Positions 1 to 11,319 of a stretch of DNA of 64,000 nt are shown piece by piece. This stretch comes from a candidate division FCPU426 bacterium (GTDB taxonomy: Bacteria; Oederibacteriota; Muellerivitia; Muellerivitales; Muellerivitaceae): NCBI GenBank assembly GCA_963830915.1, contig CAWHOE010000010.1, positions 32,001-96,000 on the forward strand, written 5' to 3'. Under the pieces are notes generated by a model. That model had not been told where the DNA came from and made no database searches. It saw only the letters and a list, made by a program, of their open reading frames with translations. How positions within the stretch are numbered: the first letter of the stretch is position 1; every line of letters starts with the position of its first letter. The translations under genes and the position numbers were made by a program.

Positions 1-4
1 GATA

Positions 5-295
5 ATGGTTTCCAATAAGCCGGATTTCTTGGACAAGCGCATCGAGGAATTGATAACTGCTTCTCGGCACAATGACCGGGAAAACAACAAAAGGGCCCGG
101 TTGCTTCAGAGCGCTGGGAAATACCTGAAAACTGGAATCATCCTATTGTTCCTTTTCCTGGTGGCGACCTTCCTGTTCGTGAACTCGGCCGACCTGGAAA
201 CTAAACAGGCGCCCATCACCCTGATAGCTTCCTCCGCCCCTTCCGCCAAGCCGGTCACAAGCAAATTGGTAATTCCCTCGGCCCTGAAGCATTAG
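5..295 (+). CDS. hypothetical membrane protein, probably the 3' part of a gene starting before the window
   Basis: Frame is open from the window edge; one hydrophobic segment (GIILLFLFLVATFLFV). Confidence 0.4.
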   Translation: MVSNKPDFLDKRIEELITASRHNDRENNKRARLLQSAGKYLKTGIILLFLFLVATFLFVNSADLETKQAPITLIASSAPSAKPVTSKLVIPSALKH

Positions 296-570
296 ACCGG
301 ATCACTTTCGCACCTCAGTCCGGCCTAACAAAATGATCGTGGGCACCGCCCCGACCGAACACTGTGTCTTGGCGGGTCAGAAAAGCCTGAAAAATGGAAA
401 ATGTCATGCATGTTAAATTTTTAATAATCCCACGAAAAGCCTTTTATTAGCCGTTTAACCTGATGGACAACTCGTTTCAAGAATAATATTATCTTTCATG
501 AAGTCTGGGGAGGCTTCCGACAACGTTTTTCCACGCATCGGGAAGAAAATTCGCTTTTCGGGAGACCGAC

Positions 571-3306
571 ATGAACCGTTTCAGTATCTCTGATCTCAAA
601 CCCTTATTCTTGGTTTTGGTATTGGTTGTCATTGGGGCCATCATCAATGCCTGTGGTGGAAAAAGTCCAACCGCTCCCGTCGCTACGGCTACCCCTGTTC
701 CGCCTACCGCCACGGATACACCCTGCGGCTATCCGGGTAATACCTGCACCTCGACCTTCACCTCGACGGTGACCAATACTGCGACAGTGACCGATACCCT
801 TACATCGACCAACACTGCCACATTGACCAATTCGCCCACCCTGACCTTCACAGCCACCTTGTCCAATACGCCCACCGCGACTAATAGCCCAACCAATACC
901 TCCACTCCGACCAACACGGCCACACTGACCAATTCGCCCACCATTACCTTTACACCGACCTTGAGCGATACGCCCACCCAGACCTATTCGCCTACAATTA
1001 CATTCACACCGACCGTTACGCCCACCGTGACCGATTCCTTCACGCCGACCAATTCGGCAACCAATAGCAATACCTATACGCCCACGAACAGCCCAACCGT
1101 CACTCCGACGGGCATCGTGATCACGGGCAATGTCTCCTACACCGGAAGCCAAGGGACGGTCTCCAGCACCGATTACATCGCGGTGGATGTTTATAATAAT
1201 AATGAGTTGGTGAAAGGTTCCAATGGCGTGAGTCTCATGGGAGCGGCGACCATCACCTCTAATGGCGGAAGCTTCAGCATTCCCATCTCTGTCACGGGAA
1301 CCTTTTATGTCCTGGTCAATTACAATTACTCCGGTTATGGCAACGGGGTTGACCAGGGAGGGCCCATGCCAGGCGAACCTTATGCCATTGTCACGAACAC
1401 GACTGGGGGGACCACCGGTTCCACGCCAGCCCCTGGTATCGCCTTCAGCGGGGCGACCAATCTGGGGTCCATCTCTTTCGGGGACAGTTATTTCGCCTAT
1501 GGCGTGGCCGCTCCCGTCACCTATACGGCCGGGTCTTCCTATATCACATCCACCAACGCCATCCATTACCTGGCTTACGCCCACGGGACCAACACTCTCC
1601 TGACCGAGGGTGAGGCAAAAACCTTGCCGTCCAAATACACATTGACCTTCCTGAACTCCCAACCAGCCATCGATATCGTGGCCTTCTGGGACAAGGAGGG
1701 GAGCGCTTCGCTGCAGGCGACGCCCCAGGCTGACGACCCACAAGCGACCTATTCTAACGTCTCCACGAACGGCACGGTGGGTGCCCCCATTTCGGCGCCA
1801 TCCATCGTTTTGACCCCTGTTTTCACTATAACTCCGACCAACACCCCCAGTCCCACATTCACTTTCACCTCGACCCCTACTTCCACGCCGACCAACGATC
1901 CCTACGTCATCAAGGGAACGATCCAATACACAGGGTCCGACAGCGTCGCGGGCCAATACCTGTTGATGATGGGAACTACTTGTATCAATTGTGGCAACGG
2001 CACGAACTCCTCCTGGGTGACTACTGGGACCAAGAGTGTGTGCAACTACACCCTGAACCTTCCCTCGACCGGCAATTACGTACTCTTCGCCATCCTATCG
2101 AGTGTGCCCAACTTCAATAACACCTCACCGCCTGTAGGCGCTTCCTACTCCTTCTATGGCGGGGCTTGCTTGACCAGCGGAACCCCGACGACCATCGCCG
2201 TTTCCGGACCCTCGACCCAGACCGTCAACTGGACTTTCGGGGACAGTTGCGTGTTGGATGGGATCGGGGGAACCATCAGTTACACGGGAGTAGGCGCGGT
2301 CAACAACAACAACGGACTCGTTGTGGACGCTTATGTGGATCCCAGCTATTCGACCCCGGTGCCTAATAACAACGAAGCTTATGTCACGGTGAGCGGTGGC
2401 ACTTATAATCTGGTCAACACATCAGGAACGCCCTCCAGCGTATATCTCCAGGCCTATTACCAGAGCAATCAGGGAAACGGCGGAGGCAACGGCCCAGTCA
2501 CGGGTGATCCAGTGACGAATTTGGGTCTGGTGACATTCAACAGTGTCCTGACCAACAAGAACATCACGCTTAACGATTCTTACCTCTATAACAGCACCAA
2601 CAGCCTAACGGGAACGGTGAATTATTCCGGTACCGGCACGGTCAGCGCGTCCGACCCCATCGTGGTCAGGGCGGTCACTTTCACCGGTTCTTTCCTCCAA
2701 CAGATTGGGGCATGCGCTGTGACCAACAACGGAGGGACCTATTTCTTTGGGTTGCCGGCTTCAGGTAATTATTACCTCACTGAGGAATATGTGGCGGTGC
2801 CTGGCGCCTATTGGGATACTGGTGATTACGCTATTGGAAGTTACGCTGAAAATTCAGATGGGACCTGTGTGGGTAGTGGTTCTGGCCCCAATGGTAGCAG
2901 CGCCAGCCCTATCGTTGTCAGCGGAGCCGCGAATTCCAACCTAAGCTTCAACAGTAGCTGCGGACAGTTCCAGGGCTACACTGGAACCTTGAACTATATC
3001 GGGTCCCTGGGTACCCCATCTTGTGGAAACCCCGGCCATCAAATATGGGTTCAAGCCGTGAATGGGACCAGCGAAAGCGCCAATACTATCGGCAATAGCA
3101 CCGGCGTCTGCGATAACGGGGATACCTATTACCTCAATATCGGGACAAATTCCGGTAGCTATTACTTAAGGGCCTGGTTCGATTCCGCCGGGGCCGGTTG
3201 CTGTCAACCCCAGTCCGGCGAGTCCTGGACCGTGGTGGGACCCTTTAGTTCAAGCACGACCCCCAGCGCCAACAATATTTCCTTCGCCGACGCCCAAAGC
3301 TGGTAA
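571..3306 (+). CDS. surface lipoprotein with Thr/Pro stalk and six tandem beta-sandwich-like repeats
   Basis: GGAG RBS; signal peptide with lipobox INAC; long TxTPT stalk; six units of the type GT(V/I)xYxG...YYL. Confidence 0.85.
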   Translation: MNRFSISDLKPLFLVLVLVVIGAIINACGGKSPTAPVATATPVPPTATDTPCGYPGNTCTSTFTSTVTNTATVTDTLTSTNTATLTNSPTLTFTATLSNTPTATNSPTNTSTPTNTATLTNSPTITFTPTLSDTPTQTYSPTITFTPTVTPTVTDSFTPTNSATNSNTYTPTNSPTVTPTGIVITGNVSYTGSQGTVSSTDYIAVDVYNNNELVKGSNGVSLMGAATITSNGGSFSIPISVTGTFYVLVNYNYSGYGNGVDQGGPMPGEPYAIVTNTTGGTTGSTPAPGIAFSGATNLGSISFGDSYFAYGVAAPVTYTAGSSYITSTNAIHYLAYAHGTNTLLTEGEAKTLPSKYTLTFLNSQPAIDIVAFWDKEGSASLQATPQADDPQATYSNVSTNGTVGAPISAPSIVLTPVFTITPTNTPSPTFTFTSTPTSTPTNDPYVIKGTIQYTGSDSVAGQYLLMMGTTCINCGNGTNSSWVTTGTKSVCNYTLNLPSTGNYVLFAILSSVPNFNNTSPPVGASYSFYGGACLTSGTPTTIAVSGPSTQTVNWTFGDSCVLDGIGGTISYTGVGAVNNNNGLVVDAYVDPSYSTPVPNNNEAYVTVSGGTYNLVNTSGTPSSVYLQAYYQSNQGNGGGNGPVTGDPVTNLGLVTFNSVLTNKNITLNDSYLYNSTNSLTGTVNYSGTGTVSASDPIVVRAVTFTGSFLQQIGACAVTNNGGTYFFGLPASGNYYLTEEYVAVPGAYWDTGDYAIGSYAENSDGTCVGSGSGPNGSSASPIVVSGAANSNLSFNSSCGQFQGYTGTLNYIGSLGTPSCGNPGHQIWVQAVNGTSESANTIGNSTGVCDNGDTYYLNIGTNSGSYYLRAWFDSAGAGCCQPQSGESWTVVGPFSSSTTPSANNISFADAQSW

Positions 3307-3318
3307 GTCGTTGATAGT

Positions 3319-3352
3319 AAAAAGCCCGCTCCCGGAAGGGGCGGGCTTTTTT
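3319..3352 (+). terminator. intrinsic terminator
   Basis: AAAGCCCGCTCC / GGGGCGGGCTTT hairpin followed by a T run just after the stop codon. Confidence 0.85.
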
Positions 3353-3650
3353 ATTTTGTTTAAGTCAATCAGGCGATCGATGTTTTATGGCAAAGCCGTG
3401 AGAGGGGCCTGTTGCTTGAATCCTTACATGTCGATGCGGAAGCCCAAGGAAATGATTTTCCTCTCGCCCATATTCGGTTCCAATTTAATTTGGAATAAAA
3501 ACCCGGATTTAGTGTCCTGCTGAATGACTTTTTGATCGCTTTTTTGGCTTAATCAACCGCCGTGTGATAGAACAAAGGGTATAATTGACCTGCCAAAGGG
3601 AATTTGTCCAATCTGGTCGATCCGAAAAACAATGCGCGGTTATAACTGAA

Positions 3651-5111
3651 ATGAAAATAAAATATATCTATCGGCTCTTTTGTGGATTACTGATCGTTCT
3701 GCTGACCTCTTTTCCTGGGTTGGTCAAGGCCCAGAATCTTTTCTTGGTCAAAAGCGAGAATGTCACCAATCTCTTCTTTGGCGATACGATCACTTATTGT
3801 TTCACCCTCAGTTCCAGTTCGTCCCCTAAAGCTGATATCTGTTGGGTCATGGACGTGACAGGCTCCATGGGGGCGGAGCTCAGCAGTATCATCACCAATA
3901 TGACCACCTTCACGAGCGCGTTGGCCGCCTCAGGGATCAGTTACCAAAACGGCTTTGTGGCCTATCGGGATATCAATTATTGCGATTACGCGCCTATCAC
4001 GACATATCCATTGACTTCCAATAACGCGACATTCATCGGGTATGTCAGCGGGCAAACTGCCATCGGGGGAGGGGATACGCCTGAGTCGGCTTTGGAAGGG
4101 CTGCAGGCCGCGGTCTACCCCACGACCTTTTGTGGAACCGCGTCCACACCCATGGCCTGGCGCGCGGGAGCTTCCCACACCATCATTCTGATCACGGACG
4201 CCGGTTTCCATGCCTCTGATTTCGACGGTTTGAGCGTTTTGCCCAGCACCTATCCCGTTTCTCTCTATGGCATGGGATACAACATAGACGCTATCACCAG
4301 CGATTGTTCCCTTACCCCGAATACCTGTACGGATTCGGGCGCAGCTTGCACTACTTGCAACCCGGCCTTGATCCCTCCTGAAGCGGGAGGTTTGTGGCTT
4401 TCTTTGAGTTCGACATCCGGCTGGTCCGGGTTCATGACGTCCCTAAGCTCCTCAGTGGTCGCCCTTTCCAACATTCTCATCTCCGACCCTCTTCCACCCC
4501 AACTGGACCCCATCTCGGGCGGAGCGGCGGGTGAAAGCATCGTGGGCAATCAGGTCTATTTCCCCATTTCCTCGATGACCTTTCCCTCGACCATCACAGA
4601 GTGCTTTCCCGCTACCGTGAATTCGAATACTTCCGCCGCCATCAGTAATACCGCGAATGTCACCGCGCCAGGGATCAGCAAGGTGACCTCCAATACGGTG
4701 GTGGGCACGCTCCTTGGATATACCTACACGCCTACCCCTACCGATACGCCCTGCGGTTACCCCGGCCTAACCTGCACCCCAACCCCAAGCTTCACACCAA
4801 CGCCAACTCCATTCGAGTTGGATATTTTCACGGTCAATAAGAACATCTTCAAACCCTCGACCGACGGGAGCGTTTCCATTTACGTGGGATATACCAAGTA
4901 TCCCGGCGAATATTCCCTGAGCATCTACAACACGGCGGGGGAGGCCATCACCCAGTTGGATCCGACTCGAAATCTAACCAACTATGTATCCAAAAGTTAT
5001 TTTTGGGATGGTAAGAATAAGTACGGCCAACCCTGCGCCAGCGGGGTGTACCTGATGGTTCTGGTCGAGCCCTATGATAGGAAGTTGAAGAGACTTATTT
5101 TGTTGAGATGA
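3651..5111 (+). CDS. secreted vWA-domain protein with Thr/Pro linker and FlgD-Ig/T9SS-like C-terminal domain
   Basis: Signal peptide from ATG 3651; MIDAS-like DVTGSM, GGDTPE, ITDA; C-terminal IYNTAGE...WDGKN...ASGVY...LILLR. Confidence 0.85.
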   Translation: MKIKYIYRLFCGLLIVLLTSFPGLVKAQNLFLVKSENVTNLFFGDTITYCFTLSSSSSPKADICWVMDVTGSMGAELSSIITNMTTFTSALAASGISYQNGFVAYRDINYCDYAPITTYPLTSNNATFIGYVSGQTAIGGGDTPESALEGLQAAVYPTTFCGTASTPMAWRAGASHTIILITDAGFHASDFDGLSVLPSTYPVSLYGMGYNIDAITSDCSLTPNTCTDSGAACTTCNPALIPPEAGGLWLSLSSTSGWSGFMTSLSSSVVALSNILISDPLPPQLDPISGGAAGESIVGNQVYFPISSMTFPSTITECFPATVNSNTSAAISNTANVTAPGISKVTSNTVVGTLLGYTYTPTPTDTPCGYPGLTCTPTPSFTPTPTPFELDIFTVNKNIFKPSTDGSVSIYVGYTKYPGEYSLSIYNTAGEAITQLDPTRNLTNYVSKSYFWDGKNKYGQPCASGVYLMVLVEPYDRKLKRLILLR

Positions 5112-5389
5112 ATCTCTGGGATGTTCAAGTGGAACCAAGGTCCAGATTTAGAATTACTTACCCGAAACAATGGGAAGTTTTGAAAGCTGGAGGCGAATGG
5201 TTCCGCGTGATAAGTCAGGGATTGCATAAACCTATCACGGGTATTACTGTATTTACGAAAAAATTTTCATGGCAGTTACAAGAGAGAGCGAAATTGCGAG
5301 ATTTTCTCCATTTTTTTGTCTACTGGTTAATCAGTTGCTTAGGAATGGGGATGGTCTAATATGTTCCCGATTCGATCCCAGGAGTATCC

Positions 5390-5845
5390 ATGACGCATAA
5401 CGATCCCTTTTATTCACGACTTCTGACCATCATCCGGGGAAGCGACCTATTCCAAGCCCTTAACCCTTCGGAGATGGACGATCTCATCACTCACCTGCGA
5501 TTGATCCGGACCCAGAATGGGTATGAGATCATCCGGCAAGGCGACACCTGGGATTCCTTTTATGTGATCGTTTCCGGGAGGGTCTCGGTGAAAGTCAAGA
5601 AAGGCTCCAAGATCCTCAAAGTGGCCGAGCTTGGGAAGGGGGAATTCTTCGGCGAAATGTCCCTTCTCACCAACAAAGTCCGGAATGCCACCGTTACCTC
5701 GGAGGAGATTTCCGAACTACTGGTCCTAAAAAAGGCCGAATTCCATAATATCCTGATGGCCCACCCGGCCCGGGCGGGGAAGATCCGCGCCGCCTACATG
5801 GTCCGAAAAGCCGATTTGAAAAAGAAGAAACTGGTCTACGCTTAG
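5390..5845 (+). CDS. stand-alone cyclic nucleotide-binding domain protein
   Basis: AGGAG RBS; IIRQGD, FYVIVSG, GEFFGEMSLL...RNATV; no HTH tail. Confidence 0.85.
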   Translation: MTHNDPFYSRLLTIIRGSDLFQALNPSEMDDLITHLRLIRTQNGYEIIRQGDTWDSFYVIVSGRVSVKVKKGSKILKVAELGKGEFFGEMSLLTNKVRNATVTSEEISELLVLKKAEFHNILMAHPARAGKIRAAYMVRKADLKKKKLVYA

Positions 5846-5941
5846 TTCCCGTTGTCGATCTCCCCATCCCCGAATTTGGAACCGGCGGTATAATATTTTT
5901 TGTTTATCAAACGCGAATTGGAAATAAATCGCAAATAAACA

Positions 5942-7318
5942 TTGGATAAAACCATCTCTCCCATCCCATTGATCCCCAAAACGATATTTCTTTTTGTCGT
6001 ATTGGTGTATTTCGGCATGGCGCGATCATTTCCGGTCTGGTCCCAGGTCCCTGGTTCCCTCTGGACCGAAGCGACCGCGACCGCCGCTTTTTCACCCAGA
6101 TTCGATCACTCGTCCGTGGTTTATAACGGAAAGATGTGGGTGGTGGGCGGATTCAACGGAGCGACTTCTCTCGATGATGTATGGTCCTCACCGGACGGGG
6201 TGAACTGGACCGAAGTCACCGCCGCGGCGGCTTTCGGACCCAGGGTCGATTTTTCCATGGTGGTTTACAACGGATTGATGTGGGTGATCGGGGGAACCAC
6301 AGGCACTGGCGGATTCAATGATGTCTGGTATTCAAGCGACGGAGGTACCTGGACCGAGGCCACGGCCGCTGCCGCCTTTTCCAAACGATGGGACCATCGG
6401 TCGGCCGTTTATAACGGGAAGATGTGGGTGGTCGCCGGAAGCAACATGGGTGCCGGCTTGCTGAACGATGTCTGGTTTTCCAGTGATGGGATAAATTGGA
6501 CCAAAGCCACGGCTTCCGCCGCTTTCAGCAAAAGGGAACTGACCGAATTGCTTTCCTATAATGGGTTCTTGTGGGTGATCGGCGGGGGAGCTTATGGAGG
6601 TTCCGTTCTCGACAACGATGTCTGGTATTCGAGCGACGGAGCTACCTGGACCGAGGCCACGGCTTCCGCCGCTTTCAGCCCTAGGGTTGGGCACATAGGG
6701 GTCGTCTATAACGGGCTTATGTGGGTGATCGGGGGAACCAACGCTGCCGTGAACTATAACGATGTTTGGTCATCTCCCGATGGCGTGAACTGGACCGAGG
6801 CGACTGCTTCCGCGGCCTTTAGCCCTCGAGACCAGCATACGGCCTTGGTTTTCAACAATGACATGTGGGTCATCGCCGGCGAGACGTGGGGGGATAGCAA
6901 CCTGAAAAACGATGTTTGGTACACCTCCGCTCCCACACCCACTCCAACGGTCACAATGACCCCCACCATCACGGGAACTCCCACCGCTATCCCCACCGTC
7001 ACTCCGACCTTCACTCCTGTCCTGGATTGCGGCCATCTTATAGTTTCAAAGAATCTTTTCATTCCCTCTGAAGGGCCGCTCTTCCTGAGCGTCTACTCAG
7101 GTTGTTTGACCGGGGATCATTCCTTGAAGATCTATAATTCGGCCGGCGAAGTGGTCAAGACCCTTCCGCTGTTGCCAGCTGGCTCGCCCACCGCTTCTGT
7201 CACGGCAACCTGGGATGGCACCAACAAAGATGGGGGGGCTTGCGCTAGCGGGTTATATATATTGCGCTTTCTGACGGATTGGACTGTTTCTTCGCGCCGA
7301 GTGATTCTGGTCCATTGA
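5942..7318 (+). CDS. secreted Kelch-repeat beta-propeller protein with FlgD-Ig/T9SS-like C-terminal domain
   Basis: Six repeats of WTEATAxAAFSxR...YNGxMWVIGG...NDVWxSxDG; Thr/Pro linker; IYNSAGE...WDGTN...ASGLY. Start codon uncertain. Confidence 0.85.
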   Translation: MDKTISPIPLIPKTIFLFVVLVYFGMARSFPVWSQVPGSLWTEATATAAFSPRFDHSSVVYNGKMWVVGGFNGATSLDDVWSSPDGVNWTEVTAAAAFGPRVDFSMVVYNGLMWVIGGTTGTGGFNDVWYSSDGGTWTEATAAAAFSKRWDHRSAVYNGKMWVVAGSNMGAGLLNDVWFSSDGINWTKATASAAFSKRELTELLSYNGFLWVIGGGAYGGSVLDNDVWYSSDGATWTEATASAAFSPRVGHIGVVYNGLMWVIGGTNAAVNYNDVWSSPDGVNWTEATASAAFSPRDQHTALVFNNDMWVIAGETWGDSNLKNDVWYTSAPTPTPTVTMTPTITGTPTAIPTVTPTFTPVLDCGHLIVSKNLFIPSEGPLFLSVYSGCLTGDHSLKIYNSAGEVVKTLPLLPAGSPTASVTATWDGTNKDGGACASGLYILRFLTDWTVSSRRVILVH

Positions 7319-7429
7319 AACCTATGCTGTAAATTCGCTGGCTTAATAGTTTCTGCCTGTCCTCGGTCGATTGATGTAAAATCCCCTATTCGGAATACTG
7401 AACCAATCGACGCGTATGAGGGAATATCC

Positions 7430-9211
7430 ATGATCAAGAACCTGATGGTCTGTCTCGCCCTGTTAATCCCCGCCTCATTATTAGCCCAACAGGCCCCGTC
7501 TGGAGGGGAATCCTTGTTTTCCAAGCCGGCCATTGGACTCTTAACGCTTACCAACAACCTTAAGGGAAAAACCGAGACGATCCAGGTGGAAGGCCAGCCT
7601 TTTCATGAGGCAGTCCGTTTCACCACAGTGGAAAGCACGGTCAATATTTGGGATGTGCAGGCGATCACTGAAGTGCCGGTCGAGGTTAAGGCGGGCGACG
7701 TGGTCCTGGCTGAATTCTGGATGAGAGCGGCCAACACCAGTGTGGAAAGCGGGGAAGCGAAAAGCGAGTTCGTGTTCGAGCGTTCGGGCGACCCCTGGAC
7801 CAAATCGGTCAGCTATACCCTTTCCGCCGGGCCCCAATGGAAGAAATTCTCCATCCCATTCACCATCATCGAGGATCGGCCGGCGGGAGGAGCCCATATT
7901 TGTTTTCGTATGGGTTACCATCCGCAGGCTTTTGAATTGGCCGATCTTAAGGTCACCAACTACGGTTCTAAAGTAAAGATCGCTGACCTACCCCAGACTC
8001 GCGTGAGTTATGAAGGGGCGGAATCCGATGCGCCCTGGCGGAAGGAGGCACTGGACCGAATCGAAAAGATACGGAAATCGGACCTGACCCTAATAGTCAA
8101 GGATTCCAAAGGCAATCTTCTGCCGGGAGTCAAAGTGGCTTTGCGGATGAAAAATCAAGCTTTCCGGTTCGGTACGGCGGTTGTGGCCAAGGACCTGGCG
8201 ATTCAGGGGCCTGAGAACGAAAGGTACCAAATGGAGGTCGCCCGGCTGTTCAACCGGGTGGTGTTCGAGAACGACCTGAAATGGGGCCCTTGGGAAGAAG
8301 GGGCATCCAACAACGGTTATTGGCAGCGCCAATATGTCCAAGGGGCGATGAAGTGGCTTGCCGAAAGGAACATCGATGTAAGGGGTCATAACATGGTCTG
8401 GGGAACCTGGCGTTATCTGCCAGGTTCCTTGAAGAACCTGTCGGGTGATCCCAAGGCTCTGGAAGCCGCCATTGAGGACCGCATCAAGGATGTGGGCGGT
8501 ACTATGAAGGGACAGTTGGTGGAATGGGATGTGGTGAACGAACCCGTTCCCGAGCATCAACTCACGGATCTTTTGGGGCAAGAGGCCATGGTGACTTGGT
8601 ACCAGACAGCCAGACAGGTGGACCCGAAAGCGCTCTTGTTCGTGAATGACTACCCCAGCCCCGACACCACGGGCCATCTGGACGCCTATGACAAGGTCAT
8701 CCAGTTCCTTCAACAAAAAGGGGCGCCTTTGGGGGCCATCGGCCTGCAGGGACATGTGGGCAACTCGCCCTGGTCCATTCCGGCCTTGCTGCAGACCTTG
8801 GATAAACTGGGCGCTCACGGGCTGCCTATCGAGATCACCGAGTATGACACGGAGATCTCGGACCGGACATTGGACGCCCAATTCATGAAGGATTTCATGA
8901 CGGCCGTATTCAGCCATCCCTCGGTCGAGGGGTTCATCATGTGGGGTTTTTGGGATGGGGCTCATTGGCATAAGAGAGCGCCGATCTTCAACGAAGATTG
9001 GACCGAAAAACCAACAGGTCAGGTCTACGAACAGCTGGTCCTTCGGGACTGGCGCACCAACACCGACGGTGTGACGGACGCCAATGGGATTTATCGCGTC
9101 AGGGCTTTCCTGGGTGATTATGAGGTGACGATCAGTGACGGTTCTAAAACGGTTAAGTCCGCCGCGACCTTGACTAAAGATGGGTTGCCCTGGACGGTGG
9201 TTTTAAAGTAA
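7430..9211 (+). CDS. GH10 endo-1,4-beta-xylanase with N-terminal CBM-like domain
   Basis: Signal peptide; ENDLKW, RGHNMVW, WDVVNE (acid/base), GLQGH, ITEYD (nucleophile), WGFWD. Confidence 0.9.
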   Translation: MIKNLMVCLALLIPASLLAQQAPSGGESLFSKPAIGLLTLTNNLKGKTETIQVEGQPFHEAVRFTTVESTVNIWDVQAITEVPVEVKAGDVVLAEFWMRAANTSVESGEAKSEFVFERSGDPWTKSVSYTLSAGPQWKKFSIPFTIIEDRPAGGAHICFRMGYHPQAFELADLKVTNYGSKVKIADLPQTRVSYEGAESDAPWRKEALDRIEKIRKSDLTLIVKDSKGNLLPGVKVALRMKNQAFRFGTAVVAKDLAIQGPENERYQMEVARLFNRVVFENDLKWGPWEEGASNNGYWQRQYVQGAMKWLAERNIDVRGHNMVWGTWRYLPGSLKNLSGDPKALEAAIEDRIKDVGGTMKGQLVEWDVVNEPVPEHQLTDLLGQEAMVTWYQTARQVDPKALLFVNDYPSPDTTGHLDAYDKVIQFLQQKGAPLGAIGLQGHVGNSPWSIPALLQTLDKLGAHGLPIEITEYDTEISDRTLDAQFMKDFMTAVFSHPSVEGFIMWGFWDGAHWHKRAPIFNEDWTEKPTGQVYEQLVLRDWRTNTDGVTDANGIYRVRAFLGDYEVTISDGSKTVKSAATLTKDGLPWTVVLK

Positions 9212-9286
9212 AAAAGGGTTTCGTTTTCTTTATAACCATTACCGATGGGTAACCTGATGGGTCGAATGTTCGCGTATTAACGGTTT

Positions 9287-9304
9287 GTGACATTTCTTGT
9301 AACA
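9287..9304 (+). promoter_or_regulatory. weak Pho-box-like direct repeat upstream of pit
   Basis: GTGACA...GTAACA with a 12-nt period; CATAGT 26 nt after the start of the second repeat. Confidence 0.35.
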
Positions 9305-9377
9305 CCCCTGAAACTTCCGGCCGACATAGTCCTCCCGCTACAGATGGTGTTCATCATCTATTCAGGGAGGTTTGAAC

Positions 9378-10871
9378 GTGGAAATGTTCGGTCAAATGTT
9401 GTCGCCGGGACATGTGTTGTTCTTGTTGTTGGCGCTGGGGTTGGCGCTTTCCTTCGAGTTCGTGAACGGTTTCCATGATACGGCCAACGCGGTGGCCACT
9501 GTCATCTACACTCATACCTTGAAACCATGGATCGCGGTCGTCTGGTCCGGCCTATGGAACCTGACCGGGGTCTTGACCTCGACCGGAATGGTCGCCTTCG
9601 GAGTCATCGCCCTACTGCCCGTCGAGTTGGTCATCCATGTGGGTTCGGCTCCCGGCTTTGCCATGGTCTTTTCCCTTTTGATCTCCGCCATTCTCTGGAA
9701 TGTGGGAACCTGGTATTTCGGCCTTCCGGCCTCCAGCTCTCATACGCTGTTCGGCTCCATCATGGGGGTCGGGTTGGCTAACGCCATGATGACCCCTGGC
9801 CATGTATTCGGCGAGGGCGTCAACTGGGACAAGGCCAAGGATATCGGCATGGCCTTATTGGTCTCGCCCATCCTGGGTTTCGTTTGCTCGGCGCTTGTTC
9901 TCCTGATCTTGAAAGCCTTGGTCAAACGCAAGGATCTTTACGAGGCACCTGAAAAGGGCAAGGCACCCCCCTTGTGGATCAGGGCATTGCTGGTATTGAC
10001 CTGCACAGGCGTCAGTTTCGCCCATGGTTCCAACGACGGTCAGAAGGGGATGGGGCTCATCATGCTCATCTTGATCGGCGTGGTTCCCGCTACCTTCGCG
10101 GTGGACTTGAGCATCAACGAGAAGGCCCTCCAGGACCTTTCGGCTACCACCCAAACCATTTCATTCCAGATGGACAAACATTCGCCCGGCGCGGCCATGG
10201 CAGGCGGGCCGGTGGCGGACCAATATATCTCCGACTATTTGAAGCCTGGAGCCAAGATGAGCGCGGATACCTTCGCGGCCATCGGCACCAAGTGCCGGGA
10301 GATATCGGCCTCTCTCCAGGGCCACAAGAGCTTGACTGAATTGAACGAGGATCAGCGCCGCGGTTTGCGCAATGATCTTTACCTAGTCTCTGAGGGATTG
10401 GGCAAGGCCAGCAAGCAGAAACTTTTCAATGACGCGGATGAGAAAAAGTCGGCGGATGACATCAAGAAACACATGGATAAGCTCACCAAGTTCATCCCGG
10501 TGTGGGTGAAGGTGGCGGTGGCCTTGGCCCTTGGATTGGGGACCATGATCGGTTGGAAGCGCATCGTTGTCACTGTGGGTGAGAAGATCGGTAAATCCCA
10601 TTTGACCTACGCGCAGGGCGCCTCGGCCGAATTGGTGGCTTTCGCGACCATCGAGGCGGCGGATATGTTTGGGTTGCCTGTGAGCACGACACATGTACTT
10701 TCCTCAGGCATCGCCGGGACCATGGCGGCCAATCGCTCGGGCCTGCAAATGCAGACCCTTCGGAACATCGTGTTGGCCTGGGTCTTGACCCTCCCCATTT
10801 GTATGCTCTTGGGAGGAGCGACCTTCGCCTTTATCCTGAACGTGGTCTTCAACGTTGTGGGGATAAAATAG
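9378..10871 (+). CDS. pit: inorganic phosphate transporter, PiT family
   Basis: GGAGG RBS and GTG start; NGFHDTAN, GLPASSSH, HGSNDGQK, PVSTTH motifs; large central loop. Confidence 0.93.
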   Translation: MEMFGQMLSPGHVLFLLLALGLALSFEFVNGFHDTANAVATVIYTHTLKPWIAVVWSGLWNLTGVLTSTGMVAFGVIALLPVELVIHVGSAPGFAMVFSLLISAILWNVGTWYFGLPASSSHTLFGSIMGVGLANAMMTPGHVFGEGVNWDKAKDIGMALLVSPILGFVCSALVLLILKALVKRKDLYEAPEKGKAPPLWIRALLVLTCTGVSFAHGSNDGQKGMGLIMLILIGVVPATFAVDLSINEKALQDLSATTQTISFQMDKHSPGAAMAGGPVADQYISDYLKPGAKMSADTFAAIGTKCREISASLQGHKSLTELNEDQRRGLRNDLYLVSEGLGKASKQKLFNDADEKKSADDIKKHMDKLTKFIPVWVKVAVALALGLGTMIGWKRIVVTVGEKIGKSHLTYAQGASAELVAFATIEAADMFGLPVSTTHVLSSGIAGTMAANRSGLQMQTLRNIVLAWVLTLPICMLLGGATFAFILNVVFNVVGIK

Positions 10872-10906
10872 ACAAACACTCTTTCATCATTTATGACTCG
10901 ACCTCG

Positions 10907-10938
10907 AGAAGGCGGCAATCACGGCCGCCTTCTTTTTT
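10907..10938 (+). terminator. intrinsic terminator
   Basis: AGAAGGCGGC-N7-GCCGCCTTCT followed by a T run. Confidence 0.85.
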
Positions 10939-10974
10939 AGTTTACCCCAACTCTCAGAAGGATGATCCCAAACC

Positions 10975-11319
10975 GTGCGCCGACCCCTCAAAACCAAAAA
11001 GAAAAGCACTTCTCCTCGGGGGCCGAGGGAATTGAGAAAAAAGATCGCCAACTTTTTTTCAACGATCGAGAATTTGCCCTATGGCGCCAGTTTATTGACT
11101 GAGAAAAAAGCGGCTAAGACGGTCGTGGGGGCTGGCATTCTCATCATGGCCTTTGGCGCCGTGCTTTTTTCCATCGGATGGAAAGGACATGTCCCTTGGG
11201 TGGCCGAAACCGCCTTCGTCATTACCTTGATCGGCTGGATGATGGTCGTTTTGGGTTTCGCTTTTGGGTTCGTCGGTTGGGCTTCTAAGTATTTACCGTT
11301 CAAAACCGGGCATCAATGA
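10975..11319 (+). CDS. small hypothetical membrane protein (2 TM)
   Basis: Basic N-terminus and two hydrophobic segments; AGAAGGA upstream. Confidence 0.5.
   Translation: MRRPLKTKKKSTSPRGPRELRKKIANFFSTIENLPYGASLLTEKKAAKTVVGAGILIMAFGAVLFSIGWKGHVPWVAETAFVITLIGWMMVVLGFAFGFVGWASKYLPFKTGHQ

Noticed and set aside
3380..3450. Possible c-di-GMP-I riboswitch (GGCAAAGCC...)
   Set aside because: Lacks the GNRA-capped stem and the second conserved stem.
5108..5359. 83-aa ORF after the first vWA gene
   Set aside because: AT-rich intergenic character and no recognisable motif; cannot be supported.
6060..6920. Regularly spaced DNA repeats resembling a CRISPR array
   Set aside because: In-frame Kelch repeats with a period near 145 nt; no cas genes.
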